A stretch of 64,000 bases of DNA from Macrostomum hystrix (Eukaryota; Animalia; Platyhelminthes). Below the pieces are notes generated by a model. That model saw only the letters and a program-made list of their open reading frames with translations, searched no databases and had not been told where the DNA came from. Shown here piece by piece: positions 62,841-64,000 of this stretch. How positions within the stretch are numbered: position 1 is the first letter of the stretch; each line of letters begins with the position of its first letter. The position numbers and the translations under genes are program-made. The DNA lies in the NCBI GenBank assembly GCA_950097015.1, contig CATNEN010000041.1, positions 868,001 through 932,000 of the forward strand, given 5' to 3'.

Positions 62841-64000
62841 CTACACGCTGGACACCATGCCGATCTGCACCGATCGGGACCGCTTCACCGGGTCCCCGCC
62901 CGCGGAGCTGCAGGTGAGCGTGGAGGCGGACATTGTGATGCCGCTGTTCAGCCGGTTATCGGTTGTCATCGCTGCTGTCGCCACAATGTTGCTGGCCGCT
63001 TCGTCATCCTGTTGGTCTACTGACTCTCGACCGGCCGGCGAGTGTCGTATCCGCGGCGTCGGAGACGGCGGAGGCACAGGCAGTGGCGGTCTGCGGCTAT
63101 TCTCCACCAGCCGCGTCATCTCTTCTTTAGGTGAGAGCGCTCGCCGCAGCTGTCCGTAGTAATGTCCGTTTTGCCGCACTGATCGCTTCCTTCGGAAAAT
63201 GGCGTCCAAGCCAAGGAAGTCTAGCATCAGATCGCAGAACTCGAACACGGTGATGAGTGAGGCGCCAACCCAAAGTCCGACGCAGCCGCCAACGTCTGTC
63301 AGGAAGCGGCTGAGCGGGTATTCCTCATCCTCCAGCATCTCGTCTGCGAACAAAGATGAAGGCACGATGCGCAGATACATGAAGTTTCTCTCCACAAAGT
63401 CGATGTTCAGCAGTTCGAACAGGCCGCGCATCAGCACCTCGGTGATGTTGAGCTGCTGCGTAGTCTCGTTTAGTTTTAGAGCCTTGGATGCAAGGTCCGA
63501 CGTACCGTACTTTTTCATCTCATTTTTTTCCATTCCGCTGAGCAGTCTCAGCCAGCCGCGATGTGTTTTGCGCTCGATAACTGCTGGAAAGTTGGCCTGG
63601 CTAATCACAGTCGAGTAAGTAGTGTGCTCGCAGAGGTCTTTGTAGCACATTTTGAGCGGATTCGCTTGCTGAACCTGCATATGCATGCGCCCTGCGCACT
63701 CGCTGTCGTTAAAGTGCTGGTCGAACCACTTGAAGTCACGGCAGAAGGGAAATTTATAGTCGTCATACTTTAGCGGGTACTCGTGACCGACGCACTTACA
63801 GTTCTGCTTGATTGCAGTCTGTGTGATGTTCTCCACACAGTCAGTGCGCGTCTCTTTGTACATTCGTCGTTCGCGCGTTTCAATATCTACGTAGTCATAA
63901 ATGTCTCTGTGCGACTCGCAGAGCTGCAGCTTGCGCAGATGCTGTTTCCGGGTCATGTGTAGGTCAACCTGAGCGTATTTGTCAAGCAGGAAACTCTCAC
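62841..64000 (-). CDS. DEG/ENaC (amiloride-sensitive) channel subunit, 3' part; frame open to the window end
   Basis: Cys-rich thumb CVENITQTAIKQNCKC...CEHTTY; TM2 FLTDVGGCVGLWVGASLITVFEF with GAS filter; upstream frame ESFLLDKYAQVDLH has no stop. Confidence 0.92.
   Translation of the reverse strand, partial: ESFLLDKYAQVDLHMTRKQHLRKLQLCESHRDIYDYVDIETRERRMYKETRTDCVENITQTAIKQNCKCVGHEYPLKYDDYKFPFCRDFKWFDQHFNDSECAGRMHMQVQQANPLKMCYKDLCEHTTYSTVISQANFPAVIERKTHRGWLRLLSGMEKNEMKKYGTSDLASKALKLNETTQQLNITEVLMRGLFELLNIDFVERNFMYLRIVPSSLFADEMLEDEEYPLSRFLTDVGGCVGLWVGASLITVFEFCDLMLDFLGLDAIFRRKRSVRQNGHYYGQLRRALSPKEEMTRLVENSRRPPLPVPPPSPTPRIRHSPAGRESVDQQDDEAASNIVATAAMTTDNRLNSGITMSASTLTCSSAGGDPVKRSRSVQIGMVSSV

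Overview
Eukaryotic (metazoan) genomic DNA: GC-rich exons, GT-AG introns, AT-rich spacers and an unusually high load of 11-48 bp minisatellites. This style suggests a flatworm such as Macrostomum, which is inference and cannot be proven from the window. Recognisable genes: a 3-exon PGAP4/TMEM246 GPI GalNAc-transferase homologue, two tandem Der p 7 (group 7 allergen, TULIP fold)-like secreted proteins, a 4-unit polyubiquitin, 4-exon RUVBL1, a 5-exon Shisa-like membrane protein, histone H1 with its stem-loop, a mucin-capped cholinesterase-like protein lacking the catalytic Ser, a MICU2/3-like EF-hand protein, and the 3' part of a DEG/ENaC channel that runs off the window end. Three unassigned ORFs also look real. 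The first 23 kb is a tandem segmental duplication (3244-10365 vs 12248-22989) whose copies differ by a microhomology deletion, by an insertion block with Helitron-like ends, and by independently expanded minisatellites. Mobile DNA includes tRNA/CORE-like SINEs, a deleted RTE-type LINE, a 595-bp MITE with an 8-bp TSD, a foldback, and a spliced THAP (P-element-like) remnant. No CRISPR array or prokaryotic system is present. Strongest leads: an orphan histone stem-loop divergent from H1, apparent amino-acid-biased divergence of the Der p 7-like pair, an exon broken by its own 31-bp expansion, Thr at the degenerin site of the channel, and an isolated 28S helix-69 fragment. All splice models and alignments were made by eye.
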